From NCBI GenBank assembly GCA_965203925.1, contig OZ241924.1, positions 906,559 to 970,558 on the forward strand: a stretch of 64,000 nucleotides of DNA, read 5' to 3'. Numbering within the stretch: the first letter of the stretch is position 1; each line of letters begins with the position of its first letter. The stretch is from Bryobacterales bacterium. GTDB taxonomy: Bacteria; Acidobacteriota; Terriglobia; Bryobacterales; UBA6623. This document shows, piece after piece, positions 1 through 9,488 of this stretch. A program made the position numbers and the translations under genes. The notes below the pieces were generated by a model, which was given only the letters and a program-made list of their open reading frames with translations, was not told where the DNA came from and made no database searches.

Positions 1-533
1 CCGATGATCGGCCCAAGGACAAAATAGAAGAGATACATCTGGACCAGCAGCGGTGTGTTGCGAACCGTCTCGAGATAGACCCTCGAGACGGCCCTGCCAG
101 CCAGGGAGTCAGAGAGTCGCAGAAACGCCGTCACCAGCCCGATTGCCAAGGCCAGCACTACGCTGCAGGCGGTGATTTGCAAGGTGACCGCCAACCCCGC
201 TGCTAGCGGACCCCATATCAGTTCGCCATCGACGACGCGGAGGATGAACTGTGGAACGCGGTACCACTGCCAGCTGTAGCCCATGCTCATGGCCCCGGAG
301 ACCACCAGCCACACCAAGGCTCCGCAGAGGACGAGGAACTGAACAGTGTCGAACCAGGGAGCGTTCCACCAGCGCCCGGCTCGGCTGGGCGTAGTGGCCG
401 GTCGGCCAGCGACCGACGGGGTGTCGTTTCGCGCAATCTCCGAAGCTTGGGAAGCCGTCGCCCCAGATCCCCCCCGAAGGACCTTTTCCAGTAGTTCCAG
501 TAGTGACGGAGGCCAAAGATACCGGAACTTCAC
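1..533 (-). CDS. polar amino-acid ABC transporter permease (HisM/GlnP type), C-terminal part lies beyond the left edge
   Basis: Absent from the ORF track because there is no stop in the window. Hand translation of the reverse strand gives ...RWWNAPWFDTVQFLVLCGALVWLVV...LQITACSVVLALAIGLVTAFLRLSDSLAGRAVSRVYLETVRNTPLLVQMYLFYFVLGPIIG. The RNTPLLVQ-x-x-x-FYF stretch is typical of this permease family. An in-frame TAG lies upstream, and the first candidate start is GTG at 533. Confidence 0.6.
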   Translation of the reverse strand, partial: MKFRYLWPPSLLELLEKVLRGGSGATASQASEIARNDTPSVAGRPATTPSRAGRWWNAPWFDTVQFLVLCGALVWLVVSGAMSMGYSWQWYRVPQFILRVVDGELIWGPLAAGLAVTLQITACSVVLALAIGLVTAFLRLSDSLAGRAVSRVYLETVRNTPLLVQMYLFYFVLGPII

Positions 534-787
534 GGCAGTTGCTGCAAACTACGCCTTCGCAGGGACAGCTTGGGCGATTCCAGACCTGACTCTCGCCGGG
601 GCGTGTCTGCCGGACTGTCCATATTACGAAGCCTTCGCGACAGACTGACGGAGCGTCGCAACCGCGGACGACATCGACCTAGTCCACATCTGCACGCCGA
701 ATCATCTTCCCCTTGATATGGCATTGGCTGTCGCGGACACCGGCGGAGGGTCGGTAGTCGGCGCTCTGCAAGAGGGGAGGCTTGGGT

Positions 788-2458
788 TCAGCCCGGGGCG
801 AAGCCGCTGGCCGTCCCCGCCCGGGCTTCCGCCCCTGCCCGCTTCGATTCGAATTCGCTGAGGCACTCGCGCGCCCGCTCCGGCCGGCCGGCCCGCAAGT
901 GGGCCTGACCAAGGACATAGTAGGCATTGTGGAACTCTGGCTCTCGCCTGACAGCCTCGTCCAAGACCTCGACAGCCTCCTCAGGACGGTTCGCGGCCAA
1001 CAGCAGCTTCCCAAGTTCGTAGCGTGCATCGACGTCTCCCGGATTCAGGCGCACGGCAGTTCGCAGGGCCGCAAGTGCCTCGGGGCGACTGTTGGGATCG
1101 GCCGATTCCGCGAGCGCACGGCCCAGACCCGCGTGGAAGGAACCGCTTGACGGGGCAAGGGCCACGGCCTCGCGATGCGCCGACACGGCATCCGGGATCC
1201 TGCCTTGCCGCAGGTGGGCACGACCCAACAGGTGGAGCACGTCGGCCGACCGTGGCTCGCGGGCCACGAGGTGCTCCAAGATGCTGACCGCTGGTCGAGC
1301 GTTAGCGTCGATGTGCAAGCATGCCCTTGCCGCAGCCAGCAAGACCCGCGAGCTGCCGCCTTCTTGGCGCATTGCAAGGCGCAGCACTTCCAGCGCCGTC
1401 GTGTGGTGGTGTCGGGCCGCCAGCGTTTCCGCCAAGCCGAAGTAGGCATCGCTCTCCGGCCGCGATGGCCCTCGCGCCGCGTCTGGCAATGACCGGGCCA
1501 CGCTTCCACAGGAATTCCGCCGCACCTGGTAGAAGACCTTCGGAGCGTTCTCGCCGCTCGCCGCTGCGAGCTGCCGAAGCTGCTCCTCGGCTTCGCCTGC
1601 CAGCCCGCGGTCCAGCAGGCTGAAGGCAAGATTCACGTGCGCATGCGGGCTGGATGGATCGCGCCGGATCGATTCCTGGAAGAGCTCGTCGGATTCCGCG
1701 GTGCGGCCCGCTGCCGCTAACGCCGAGGCCAGCAACGCCGCGGTTTCCGCGGTCTGCGAGGCGGTGCCCACCGTCTCCAGCAGCTCTACGGCCTTCTCAG
1801 GCCGGCCGAGCAGATTGCTAGAGAGCGCTGCCATGATGCGTGCCTCGAGCGATCCCGGCTCGCTCTCGAGGGCAGCCTCGAACGCTCGCAGCGCGTCCTC
1901 GTAGAAGAACTGCCCGAACAGGGCGCGGCCAACTTGCAGTAGCGAGTGATGCGACCGAGGGCGCATATCGAGGAACTCCCGGGCAGCTCGCAGGCCGGCA
2001 CTGGCCTGCCCGCTGCGCAGGTGTGCCACGGCCGAGTGCATCAGAACGGCGCCATTGCGGAAACCGAGGCGCACGGCAGCCGCCAAGTGCTCGCCCGCAC
2101 CCTTCTCGTCGCCCACTGAACGGGCCGCTAGGCCGGCCTCGAAGTGCACGACTCCTTGGCCGGGATCTGCGACCAGCGCTTGCCGAAAGCGCTGCAGAGC
2201 GTCACGGCCACGGCCCTGTTCCAGACGGATTTGGCCTATGCCCCGGAAGATCGGCGCAGCCGTCGGCGTCGCAGGCTCCGCAAGTCTCGCGGCGGCCTCA
2301 ATCAGCAGCCGCGCGGCCCCGTCCAGATCACCACCGCGCCGCAGGACTCGAGCTTGCCCCAGCAGATCCTCTGAGGGCTCCGCAGCGGCCATGGCCCCAA
2401 TGCCTAACGCGAGGCCCAGCACAGCCGCGAACCGCACAGGAGCCGCCCAACGGAGCAT
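788..2458 (-). CDS. secreted TPR-repeat protein
   Basis: 603-aa ORF with many A/L/G-rich 34-residue TPR-like helices (e.g. HLLGRAHLRQGRIPDAVSAHREAVALAP, NAYYVLGQAHLRAGRPERARECL). Start trimmed to ATG 2458, which gives a signal-like MLRWAAPVRFAAVLGLALGIGAMAAAEP. Confidence 0.7.
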   Translation of the reverse strand: MLRWAAPVRFAAVLGLALGIGAMAAAEPSEDLLGQARVLRRGGDLDGAARLLIEAAARLAEPATPTAAPIFRGIGQIRLEQGRGRDALQRFRQALVADPGQGVVHFEAGLAARSVGDEKGAGEHLAAAVRLGFRNGAVLMHSAVAHLRSGQASAGLRAAREFLDMRPRSHHSLLQVGRALFGQFFYEDALRAFEAALESEPGSLEARIMAALSSNLLGRPEKAVELLETVGTASQTAETAALLASALAAAGRTAESDELFQESIRRDPSSPHAHVNLAFSLLDRGLAGEAEEQLRQLAAASGENAPKVFYQVRRNSCGSVARSLPDAARGPSRPESDAYFGLAETLAARHHHTTALEVLRLAMRQEGGSSRVLLAAARACLHIDANARPAVSILEHLVAREPRSADVLHLLGRAHLRQGRIPDAVSAHREAVALAPSSGSFHAGLGRALAESADPNSRPEALAALRTAVRLNPGDVDARYELGKLLLAANRPEEAVEVLDEAVRREPEFHNAYYVLGQAHLRAGRPERARECLSEFESKRAGAEARAGTASGFAPG

Positions 2459-2684
2459 TCCGCAACCATTATGGGAGTCCCATGCGGGACTGGCGATGCA
2501 TCCGCTGCCGCACACCGTTCTGTAGCGACGCTCGGCCCTACCATCCACGTTGACGCTCGACCGCAATAACTCCGGCTGCCAAGATGTCGGTCGCGACATT
2601 GGCGGCTCGTTCCAATCACTCGTGTCCGCGAATAGTTAGGATGCGCTGCCCAGAGCCGCCCGCGGGCCTAGGCCGTAGAACTTC

Positions 2685-3560
2685 CTACTTGACTTCGAAA
2701 TTGGCAAAACCGAACATGTCTGGCGGTTGCACCGCAACGGGTGGGAGGTTCTTGGTGTAAGCGTCGGTCAGGTCGGTCATCCTGAAATTCTCGACAGCCT
2801 TGAAGCCCGCCTCTGCCATCAACTGGTGCATGGCGTCCATTGAATACGAACTGCGTATCGGCTCGCCCCGCTTCGCGACGAACTCAAGCATTTTGCGCCG
2901 CATATCGGTGGTGTCCGGATCTGAGGACTGGACGTCGAGCAGGTAGTCAACTACGATGCGTGTTCCCTTGTACATGCCGCCAGCTATGCCGTGCAAGGTG
3001 GTCGCCAGGTCCTCGGGAGTCAAGTAGTAGGAGACGCCGAGCAGGGAGATGAATGCCGGCTCCGACGCGTTGAAGGACGTCCCGGCAAGCGCGTCGACCG
3101 AGGAGACCTCGGACAAGTCCGCGGCAACAAAGTGATGGTTCGGAGGAACTTCCAAGCCGGCGTGCTCGATGCGCTGGAGCTTTTTGCGTTGCGTGACCGG
3201 GTGATCGACCTCGAATGAATCGATTCGACTAAGGAGATCTGGTCTTCGGAATGCGAACGAGTCCATTCCCGCACCGAGAATGACATACTGCCGGATTCCC
3301 TCCTCGATCAACCTCTCGAGGGACTCCTCCGCGTATCGTGCTCGCATGATCACGCACATGCTCGACGGCACGATCGGCTTCAACACGACCTTGAACAGAA
3401 GCCACTCCAAGGGCCTGATCAGGTGCACCAGCTTCAATCGCCATCCGCACAGCTTGCTGGCGTACGGGTCCTCGAACAGGCCGGCAGTGTTTCGAAGGTG
3501 CCAGTCCCGCGCAGCAGCCACCCAGTCGGCTGTGGAGATGGTGTTCGTGGGAAGAGACAT
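2685..3560 (-). CDS. class I SAM-dependent methyltransferase (Leu-carboxyl/O-methyltransferase-like family)
   Basis: VILGAGMDSFAFR glycine-rich SAM motif, FEVDHP and YYLTPEDL segments typical of the mycobacterial-type putative O-methyltransferase family. Start trimmed to ATG 3560 (MSLPTNTISTADWVAAARD). Confidence 0.7.
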   Translation of the reverse strand: MSLPTNTISTADWVAAARDWHLRNTAGLFEDPYASKLCGWRLKLVHLIRPLEWLLFKVVLKPIVPSSMCVIMRARYAEESLERLIEEGIRQYVILGAGMDSFAFRRPDLLSRIDSFEVDHPVTQRKKLQRIEHAGLEVPPNHHFVAADLSEVSSVDALAGTSFNASEPAFISLLGVSYYLTPEDLATTLHGIAGGMYKGTRIVVDYLLDVQSSDPDTTDMRRKMLEFVAKRGEPIRSSYSMDAMHQLMAEAGFKAVENFRMTDLTDAYTKNLPPVAVQPPDMFGFANFEVK

Positions 3561-4477
3561 CCAGTACGCCTCGGCAGGTGTCCATGGTCGCACGAGGCTC
3601 GCGTGGGCCTCAACGGCAGGCTCGCAACTGACCGGCCCGGGGCCCTCGGGGCCCACCGGTCGACAGCCGCAGCCATTCTGGCGCCTAATGGCATTCAAAG
3701 CAAAGGTAGTTGGTTGTATTCAAGCGACTAGGTGCGTTAAGTGCCGGGCTGAGGATGCTTGAGCCGGCCACCGCCCAGTGGGCACTGCAGCCTTTGCGCG
3801 TGCCCTGCTGCTGGCGGCGAGACTGAAACTGCCAGGGCGGCGCTCGCCCCAACAGGCACAAGCGCCTGGAATGGACCGCTGGTGGCCTTCACGGGCACTG
3901 TGATGGCGGGGTCTATCGTCAAGTTGTGCCGCGCGTCTGCCACTGGCGGTAGAGCTCGCAGGACTGGCTGAGGCCGAGCACCAGTGGAGCACCCGTCGTG
4001 CGAGGTTGGGCACGGCGGCAGCGGAGGGGAGGGGACAGAGCGGGACCGATTGGCGAGCACATCCACCGGTGTTGGGCGCTGCAGTGCGAAGCGGTCGCGT
4101 ACCTACCGAGCAGCGAACACAGACACCGCTCGCCGAGCACGCGACGTGTCGCGGACGGCGGCCGCACAGTTCGCAGTTGTCGGAACTAGCGTTGGTTCCG
4201 GACGAATTCGTTCTCGCGCGACTCTTCTGTCCGCACGGACCGGGCGCACCCGGGCCTCGCCCAAACGGACCGCGCCGAAATCCATCGACCGACCGCTCCG
4301 TCGAAACCAACTTTCCGAGTCCCCTCACGAACCACTCAGCGGTTCGCAGTGCAACCAGAACAATGCAGGGATCCTTCCGCTCTCCTCAGCCACGTCCCAC
4401 GGCTGCCCCGAGGTCGAAGGGTCTTAGTTGGCGGCTGGAGAGCACCTTGCCACCGCATAGACTGGACTTAGGGCTCA

Positions 4478-4497
4478 ACACAACGTTATAGTTGTGT
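4478..4497. promoter_or_regulatory. perfect palindrome ACACAAC-GTTATA-GTTGTGT abutting the start codon of the next gene; candidate operator
   Basis: Read directly: 7-nt arms at 4478-4484 and 4491-4497 around a 6-nt AT-rich centre, ending 1 nt before GTG 4499. Confidence 0.4.
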
Positions 4498-4498
4498 C

Positions 4499-4942
4499 GT
4501 GGTTCCGTGCTTCGATAGTCGTGGCAATCTCGCAGTCGGAATTCACTGGTCCAACTGGAACGACGTGTTGAGCCGCTTTGGTAGGACACCCCATCGACAG
4601 AGATTGCTTTCCGGGCTACTGAAGGCCCTCCACGCGCTTCATGCAGCGGGGTGCCAATTCGTATACCTCGATGGGAGTTTTGTAACATCGAAAGATAGGC
4701 CCAGAGACTTCGACGCTTGCTGGGATGTGATGGGAGTGGACGCGCGGCGACTGGATCCTGTTCTTCTCGACTTCTCAAACAGCCGCGCAGCGCAAAAGGC
4801 TCGCTTCGGTGGCGAACTGTTTCCGGCACAACTACCGAATGGGCCAAGTGGCAGGACATTCCTCGAATTCTTCCAGATCGACAAACAAACGGGGGATCCC
4901 AAGGGCATCATCGCTCTAGATCTCCGGAGGTGGCAGCCGTGA
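4499..4942 (+). CDS. small nucleotidyltransferase-fold protein (resembles the family I recall as DUF6932); toxin-antitoxin-like module component
   Basis: 147 aa. The motif FVYLDGSFVTSKDRPRDFDACWDV matches the minimal NTase pattern (G-S ... D-x-D). GTG start. The stop overlaps the next gene start (GTGA). Confidence 0.6.
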   Translation: MVPCFDSRGNLAVGIHWSNWNDVLSRFGRTPHRQRLLSGLLKALHALHAAGCQFVYLDGSFVTSKDRPRDFDACWDVMGVDARRLDPVLLDFSNSRAAQKARFGGELFPAQLPNGPSGRTFLEFFQIDKQTGDPKGIIALDLRRWQP

Positions 4943-5367
4943 TCAAGAACGAACGACAGTATCGGATTACGCGAGCGCAAGCCGAGAAGTTTGAGCGTGC
5001 GTTGGCCGAACTCTTGGCAAGCCCGGGTACTCCAAGCGTGCACCCTGTGCTACAGAAGGCACAGATCGAGGCCCTGAGAAGTCAACTAGGGGACTTGAAG
5101 GCCGAGTTGGAAGAGTATCAGGCCTTGAGGTCCGGTAAACGGCGCGTCCTGACACTGGCCTCTTTTGACGACCTCCCGCGTGCCTTAGTGCAGGGGCGCA
5201 TTGCCGCGGGCCTAAGCCAGCACGACTTGGCTGCGAAGTTGGGCATCAAGGAGCAGCAGATTCAGCGCTATGAAGCCAGCGACTACCAGTCCGCGAGCTT
5301 GGCACGAGTTGCTGCAGTAGTCAGGGCACTTGGGCTGCGTGTCCAAGAGGAGGTCTTCTTGCCGTAA
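4939..5367 (+). CDS. XRE-family helix-turn-helix protein with N-terminal coiled segment (HigA-like antitoxin architecture)
   Basis: Inner start GTG 4939 lies in frame within ORF 4717..5367, preceded by GGAGG at 4926-4930. C-terminal QHDLAAKLGIKEQQIQRYEASDYQSASLARV is a classic HTH_3/XRE motif. N-terminal VIKNERQYRITRAQAEKFERAL resembles HigA-type antitoxins. Confidence 0.65.
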   Translation: MIKNERQYRITRAQAEKFERALAELLASPGTPSVHPVLQKAQIEALRSQLGDLKAELEEYQALRSGKRRVLTLASFDDLPRALVQGRIAAGLSQHDLAAKLGIKEQQIQRYEASDYQSASLARVAAVVRALGLRVQEEVFLP

Positions 5368-5849
5368 CTGCCCAAGTGTCCGGGCACACCTTGTATTAGC
5401 GCCTCAGGATTGAAGGGAAGTCGTGGGCCAGCCTGAGCATTGTGAGAGCACCGGTAGAGGGGTTGCGGCAAGGAGTGGAACTCTTCACGCCAAGATTGCT
5501 TGAGAAAGCCGGGCGGCAGCACACTGCTGCAGCTGCGCTAACGCGGATTGCCAAGCCCAGTGCACAACAGCGGGGACGAAAGCCCCTCACGCGCCAGCCG
5601 ACGCTGAGAGCCAAGACTACCGCAACGCACGCCGGGCTTTGTACCGCCCATCGGAAAACCGCGGGGTGGGCAGCCGCAACAATTGGGCACGATCCTGTCA
5701 GCGGGTCCACGGACTATACCGACCGCCGTCGGTGCCACAGCCAGCGCGACCTGCTCTACAGTGAGGGCATAGGCTGGCTAGGAACGAGCCCCGAGAACCG
5801 TTTGGCGACGCAGCCGGGTCGCAGAAGGGCTGCGCCGATAGTCAACCCG

Positions 5850-7562
5850 ATGCCAACTCGGCACCTGAATGGACGGCCGCGTACCAAGGCCCGATCCTTT
5901 CCAAGAGCCAACCACCGACAAGTGGTCCTCGGACTGGTTGCCACGGTGTGGCCGGCCGTATGCCCACCAGAGGCACGGGGACAGTTCGAGGACGTGTCCG
6001 CGACGAGCGGTCTGACTGCCAAGCTCGTGTCGGGATCTGGAAGCAAGCCATACATTCTGGAGTCCATGGCCGGAGGGGTCGCATTCCTCGACTACGACGG
6101 CGACGGCTGGTTGGACGTGTATCTCGTCAATGGAGGGACGCTCGAATCGCTGGCGGGCCGGGAGCCCGCGCCGTCAAACCATCTCTACCGCAACAACCGG
6201 GACGGCACATTCACGGACGTGACCAAAGCGTGCGGCGTCGGCGACAGCGGTTGGGGAATGGGCGTTGCGGTCGCGGACGTGGACAACAACGGGTTCGAAG
6301 ACCTGTACGTGACAAACTACGGCCCCAACCGGCTGTACCTCAACCAAGGCGGCGGCAAGTTTGAGGAGCGATCCCGGGAGTCCGGCGTGGACGGGGAAGA
6401 ATGGAGCTCTTCAGCGGCCTTTGGGGACTTTGACTCAGACGGCGACGTCGATCTGTACGTCACAAATTACCTGGAGTTCGACCCTCGAGACCTGCCCCAG
6501 GACAGCCTGTTGTGCCGCTACCGTGGAATCCGAGTCCAGTGCGGGCCAAGGGGCATGGTCCCGACGGCAGATCGGCTCTACGAGAACCTTGGAGAGGGGC
6601 GATTCCAAGACGTTTCGGGACCTTCCGGAATCGGCAGCGCTCCCGACTCCTACGGGCTGGGCGTGGCTTGGGCTGACTTCGATGACGACGGCGACCCGGA
6701 CGCGTATGTCGCGAACGACTCGACGGCAAACTTTCTGTTCCGGAACAACGGGGACGGAACGTTCTCCGAAGAGAGCCTTCTGGCAGGCATCGCGCTCAGC
6801 GTCGACGGCAAAGAACAGGCCGGCATGGGAGTCGACTTCGGAGACTACGACAACGACGGGCGGCTAGACTTGGCCGTCACGAACTTTTCCGAGGACTACA
6901 ACTCCCTGTACCGCAACGAGGGCAACGCGCTCTTCCGCGACGTTTCCGAGATGGCGGGCCTGGCCGAGCCGACGTGGCTGAAGCTCAGCTGGGGAGTCCG
7001 TTTCGCCGACTTCGATCGCGACGGACGCCTGGACCTGGTAGTGGCCGACGGGCATGTCTATCCGGAGGTCGACCGCCATGACTTCGGGATGGGATACCGA
7101 CAGCACAACTCGGCATTCCGCAACCTCGGCGGGGGACGCTTCTCGGCAACGCGCCTTCCCGCCTCCAGCGAACAGGCCCACTCGTCGCGCGGGCTTGCCA
7201 GCGGGGACTTCGACAACGATGGGGCTATCGATCTGCTGATCGCCAACCTTGACGCACCCCCGACCCTGCTGAGGGGGGTCCCGCACGGCGGGCACTGGCT
7301 GCTTCTCCAGCTGCGCGGAACGGAGTCGAACCGCTCAGCAATCGGTGCCCGAGTGACTGTCACAGCTGGAGATCTGGTGCTTGTAAGGGAGGTGCGCGGA
7401 GACGGCAGCTACCAGTCGCACAGCGACCTGCGGCTGCACTTCGGCCTAGGCCAGCACGAGCAAGTCGACTCCATCGAGATCCGCTGGCTGGGGGGCGCGC
7501 GCCAGCTCCTTGCTGGGGGTCCCGCCGATAGGATCCTCGAGGTTGAGGAACCGCGCCCCTGA
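5850..7562 (+). CDS. FG-GAP/VCBS repeat protein with C-terminal ASPIC/UnbV domain (CRTAC1 family)
   Basis: Seven D-x-D-x-D-G Ca-binding loops (DYDGDGWLDVY, DVDNNGFEDLY, DFDSDGDVDLY, DFDDDGDPDAY, DYDNDGRLDLA, DFDRDGRLDLV, DFDNDGAIDLL), then an RSAIGARVTVTAGD...GDGSYQSHSDLRLHFGLG tail. Start trimmed to ATG 5850; the upstream 136 codons look non-coding. Confidence 0.8.
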   Translation: MPTRHLNGRPRTKARSFPRANHRQVVLGLVATVWPAVCPPEARGQFEDVSATSGLTAKLVSGSGSKPYILESMAGGVAFLDYDGDGWLDVYLVNGGTLESLAGREPAPSNHLYRNNRDGTFTDVTKACGVGDSGWGMGVAVADVDNNGFEDLYVTNYGPNRLYLNQGGGKFEERSRESGVDGEEWSSSAAFGDFDSDGDVDLYVTNYLEFDPRDLPQDSLLCRYRGIRVQCGPRGMVPTADRLYENLGEGRFQDVSGPSGIGSAPDSYGLGVAWADFDDDGDPDAYVANDSTANFLFRNNGDGTFSEESLLAGIALSVDGKEQAGMGVDFGDYDNDGRLDLAVTNFSEDYNSLYRNEGNALFRDVSEMAGLAEPTWLKLSWGVRFADFDRDGRLDLVVADGHVYPEVDRHDFGMGYRQHNSAFRNLGGGRFSATRLPASSEQAHSSRGLASGDFDNDGAIDLLIANLDAPPTLLRGVPHGGHWLLLQLRGTESNRSAIGARVTVTAGDLVLVREVRGDGSYQSHSDLRLHFGLGQHEQVDSIEIRWLGGARQLLAGGPADRILEVEEPRP

Positions 7563-7582
7563 ATCGGCGCGCGAGCGTGGGA

Positions 7583-9157
7583 CTATTTGGCGACTCGCTC
7601 AAGATCCTCAGACACACTGCGCACGTCTGCCTGCACCTCTAGGAGCCTGCGACGGCTCAGCTCTTGGTACTCCAAGAGCTCTCGTCGCGCATCTTCGGGC
7701 CGGTCGAGACCACGGTAGGCGCTGGCAAGCAGGTAGTGCACTCGGTCGTTGGCGGGGTTCTGACTCGCATAGGCTTTCAGCTCTTTGACCGCGGCCTCCA
7801 GATCGCCCACCTCCAGATACGCACGGCCGAGGTCCAGCCGCGAATCGGGTAGACCGGCACTTGACCCCACCGCCGCACGAATGTGGGACAGGGCCCCGGC
7901 TGCGTCCCCCCGCCGAAGAAGCAGCCGTCCCAAGTGGAGCCGGGCCAGCGCGTGGTGGGGATTGCGCTTCAGCTCTTCCTCATAGTGGAGCCGGGCGTCG
8001 TCGAAGCTGCCCATCCCTTCGAGGGCGCGCCCCAGCGCATAGCGCAAACCTGGGAGGGTGGGGCGCTTGCCGAGGGCGCGGCCGTAAGCCTCGACCGCCT
8101 TGGGGAACTCCGTCGCGTCCATGTGCGATTCTGCTCGGAGCTGGTCCACGCGGTGCGAGTCGGGCGCGACGCTCACTAGGCGGTCCAGTGCGGCAACGGC
8201 GAGCAGCTTGTAGCAGCGACCGAGCCAGTACATGGCCTCCAAGCTATCCGGCTCGGAGGAGAGGATTTCTCGGGCCATGCCGGCGGCCTGCTCATGGCGA
8301 CCAGCGCCGAATTCCCGGCGGACACCGCCCAAGGGCCCATCGGGCAGAGAGGGTGCGGCACCCGCACTCGGGAACTCTAGGACTCCAGCAAGGTCGGGCC
8401 GCTTCGCGAGCGCAAGGTTGAATTCCGCCCGCGCCCGCCCCGGCGATCCGTCCGTGATGAACCGCTCTGCCTGCAACAGGTGCACTAACGGGGACTCAGG
8501 CGCTATGGTCCCGATGCGTTCGAAGAGCCGGTCCGCCCCGCTGTCATAAGCCCGCACAAGCGAGAACAGCGCTTCCGGGTCCGACGGAACGGCTTGCGCA
8601 ACACGCTGCAGGTGCTCGATCGCCTCGTCGTGGCGCCCCGTTGCGGCGAGGCTCAGCCCAAGCCAGCGATGGGCCTCGATCAGTCCCGGGTTGATCGCGA
8701 GACTGCGCCGCAGTGCGTCCACTGCCTGCTCAAAACGGTGAACCTGGTAATAGTCCATTCCAAGGAACAGGTAGGCCCCCCACAACTGGTCGTCCAATTC
8801 GGTGGCGGCGCGGAGCGCTTCGATCGCCTGCTCGTGGCGACCGCTGAGATGCAAGGTCACGCCAAGGCTCTGACGGATCAGGGCCCAGCCGGGGCGGATG
8901 GCCAGAATCTGCTCGTACTCCCTAGCCGCCCCTTGGTAGTCTTTGCGTGCTTCCGCGCTTCGGGCAGCGGCCAAGTGGCTTTCCACCGCTGCATCGACCG
9001 CGGGATCGCGCTGCCCTTGCGCCCAGACCGGGGCGAGGCCTGCCAGCAGAGCCAGCGCGAGGAATCGCCAGCAGCGATCCGCGAGCCGAGCGGCGGGGCC
9101 AATCCCGGGGACTGCGCGATATTGCTGCATGCTGGGCCGCCTGCGCCAGTCTCGCAT
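7583..9157 (-). CDS. secreted TPR-repeat protein
   Basis: 524 aa. N-terminal hydrophobic segment FLALALLAGLAPVWAQG, followed by repeated TPR helices (DYQGAAREYEQILAIRPGW, HEQAIEALRAATELDDQ, FDDARLHYEEELKRNPHH). Confidence 0.75.
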   Translation of the reverse strand: MRDWRRRPSMQQYRAVPGIGPAARLADRCWRFLALALLAGLAPVWAQGQRDPAVDAAVESHLAAARSAEARKDYQGAAREYEQILAIRPGWALIRQSLGVTLHLSGRHEQAIEALRAATELDDQLWGAYLFLGMDYYQVHRFEQAVDALRRSLAINPGLIEAHRWLGLSLAATGRHDEAIEHLQRVAQAVPSDPEALFSLVRAYDSGADRLFERIGTIAPESPLVHLLQAERFITDGSPGRARAEFNLALAKRPDLAGVLEFPSAGAAPSLPDGPLGGVRREFGAGRHEQAAGMAREILSSEPDSLEAMYWLGRCYKLLAVAALDRLVSVAPDSHRVDQLRAESHMDATEFPKAVEAYGRALGKRPTLPGLRYALGRALEGMGSFDDARLHYEEELKRNPHHALARLHLGRLLLRRGDAAGALSHIRAAVGSSAGLPDSRLDLGRAYLEVGDLEAAVKELKAYASQNPANDRVHYLLASAYRGLDRPEDARRELLEYQELSRRRLLEVQADVRSVSEDLERVAK

Positions 9158-9488
9158 GCCGACAACCCTGCAGCGCCTGGCTCCCGGCCTAGGAAACCCT
9201 CAGACCTGCCCTGCCTTGACCCCGCACGGCAAGAATCGAGGCGCCGATTCTCGGCCCGCCCGACACGGGACGCACGCTCTCCGTGAAAGCGAGGGAGGCG
9301 CTGGAGCGTCTCGCTGACCGGGCGGAATTGGCCATCTGCAGCTCGGCGAACGGCCAAGGCCGCGAGTCAGCAGCCGAACGGAATCGGGCGTTCTGGCTCT
9401 CGGCAACGGGTCTTGCTACCATCATGGCTCCGGCCCGGAGCGCAGCCATTATTACTTAGGGACTCCGGTCGGTATGGAGGAGTCTTCT

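Noticed and set aside
3699-4498. An 0.8-kb stretch with only poor ORFs (3720..4328(-), 4006..4491(+) etc.), examined as a possible gene, pseudogene or RNA
   Set aside because: All six frames give Arg/Pro/Ser-rich, motif-free translations. A CxxC...C..C patch (NCELCGRR...CVRC) was too isolated to call an HNH or zinc finger. I saw no tRNA-like cloverleaf or strong structure. Left unannotated; it could still hide an sRNA or a decayed gene.
5442-5849. N-terminal extension of the ASPIC/FG-GAP ORF (track start 5442)
   Set aside because: The first 136 codons are Arg/Ala/Thr-rich and lack a signal peptide. The internal ATG 5850 is followed by a hydrophobic signal-like segment just before the first FG-GAP repeat.
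9158-9488. Possible cobalamin or other riboswitch in the 330-nt leader of the TonB receptor
   Set aside because: I looked for the B12-box and GGTG..AA..CC core elements. Only a vague GTGAAAGCGAGGGAGG stretch is present, with no consensus match.
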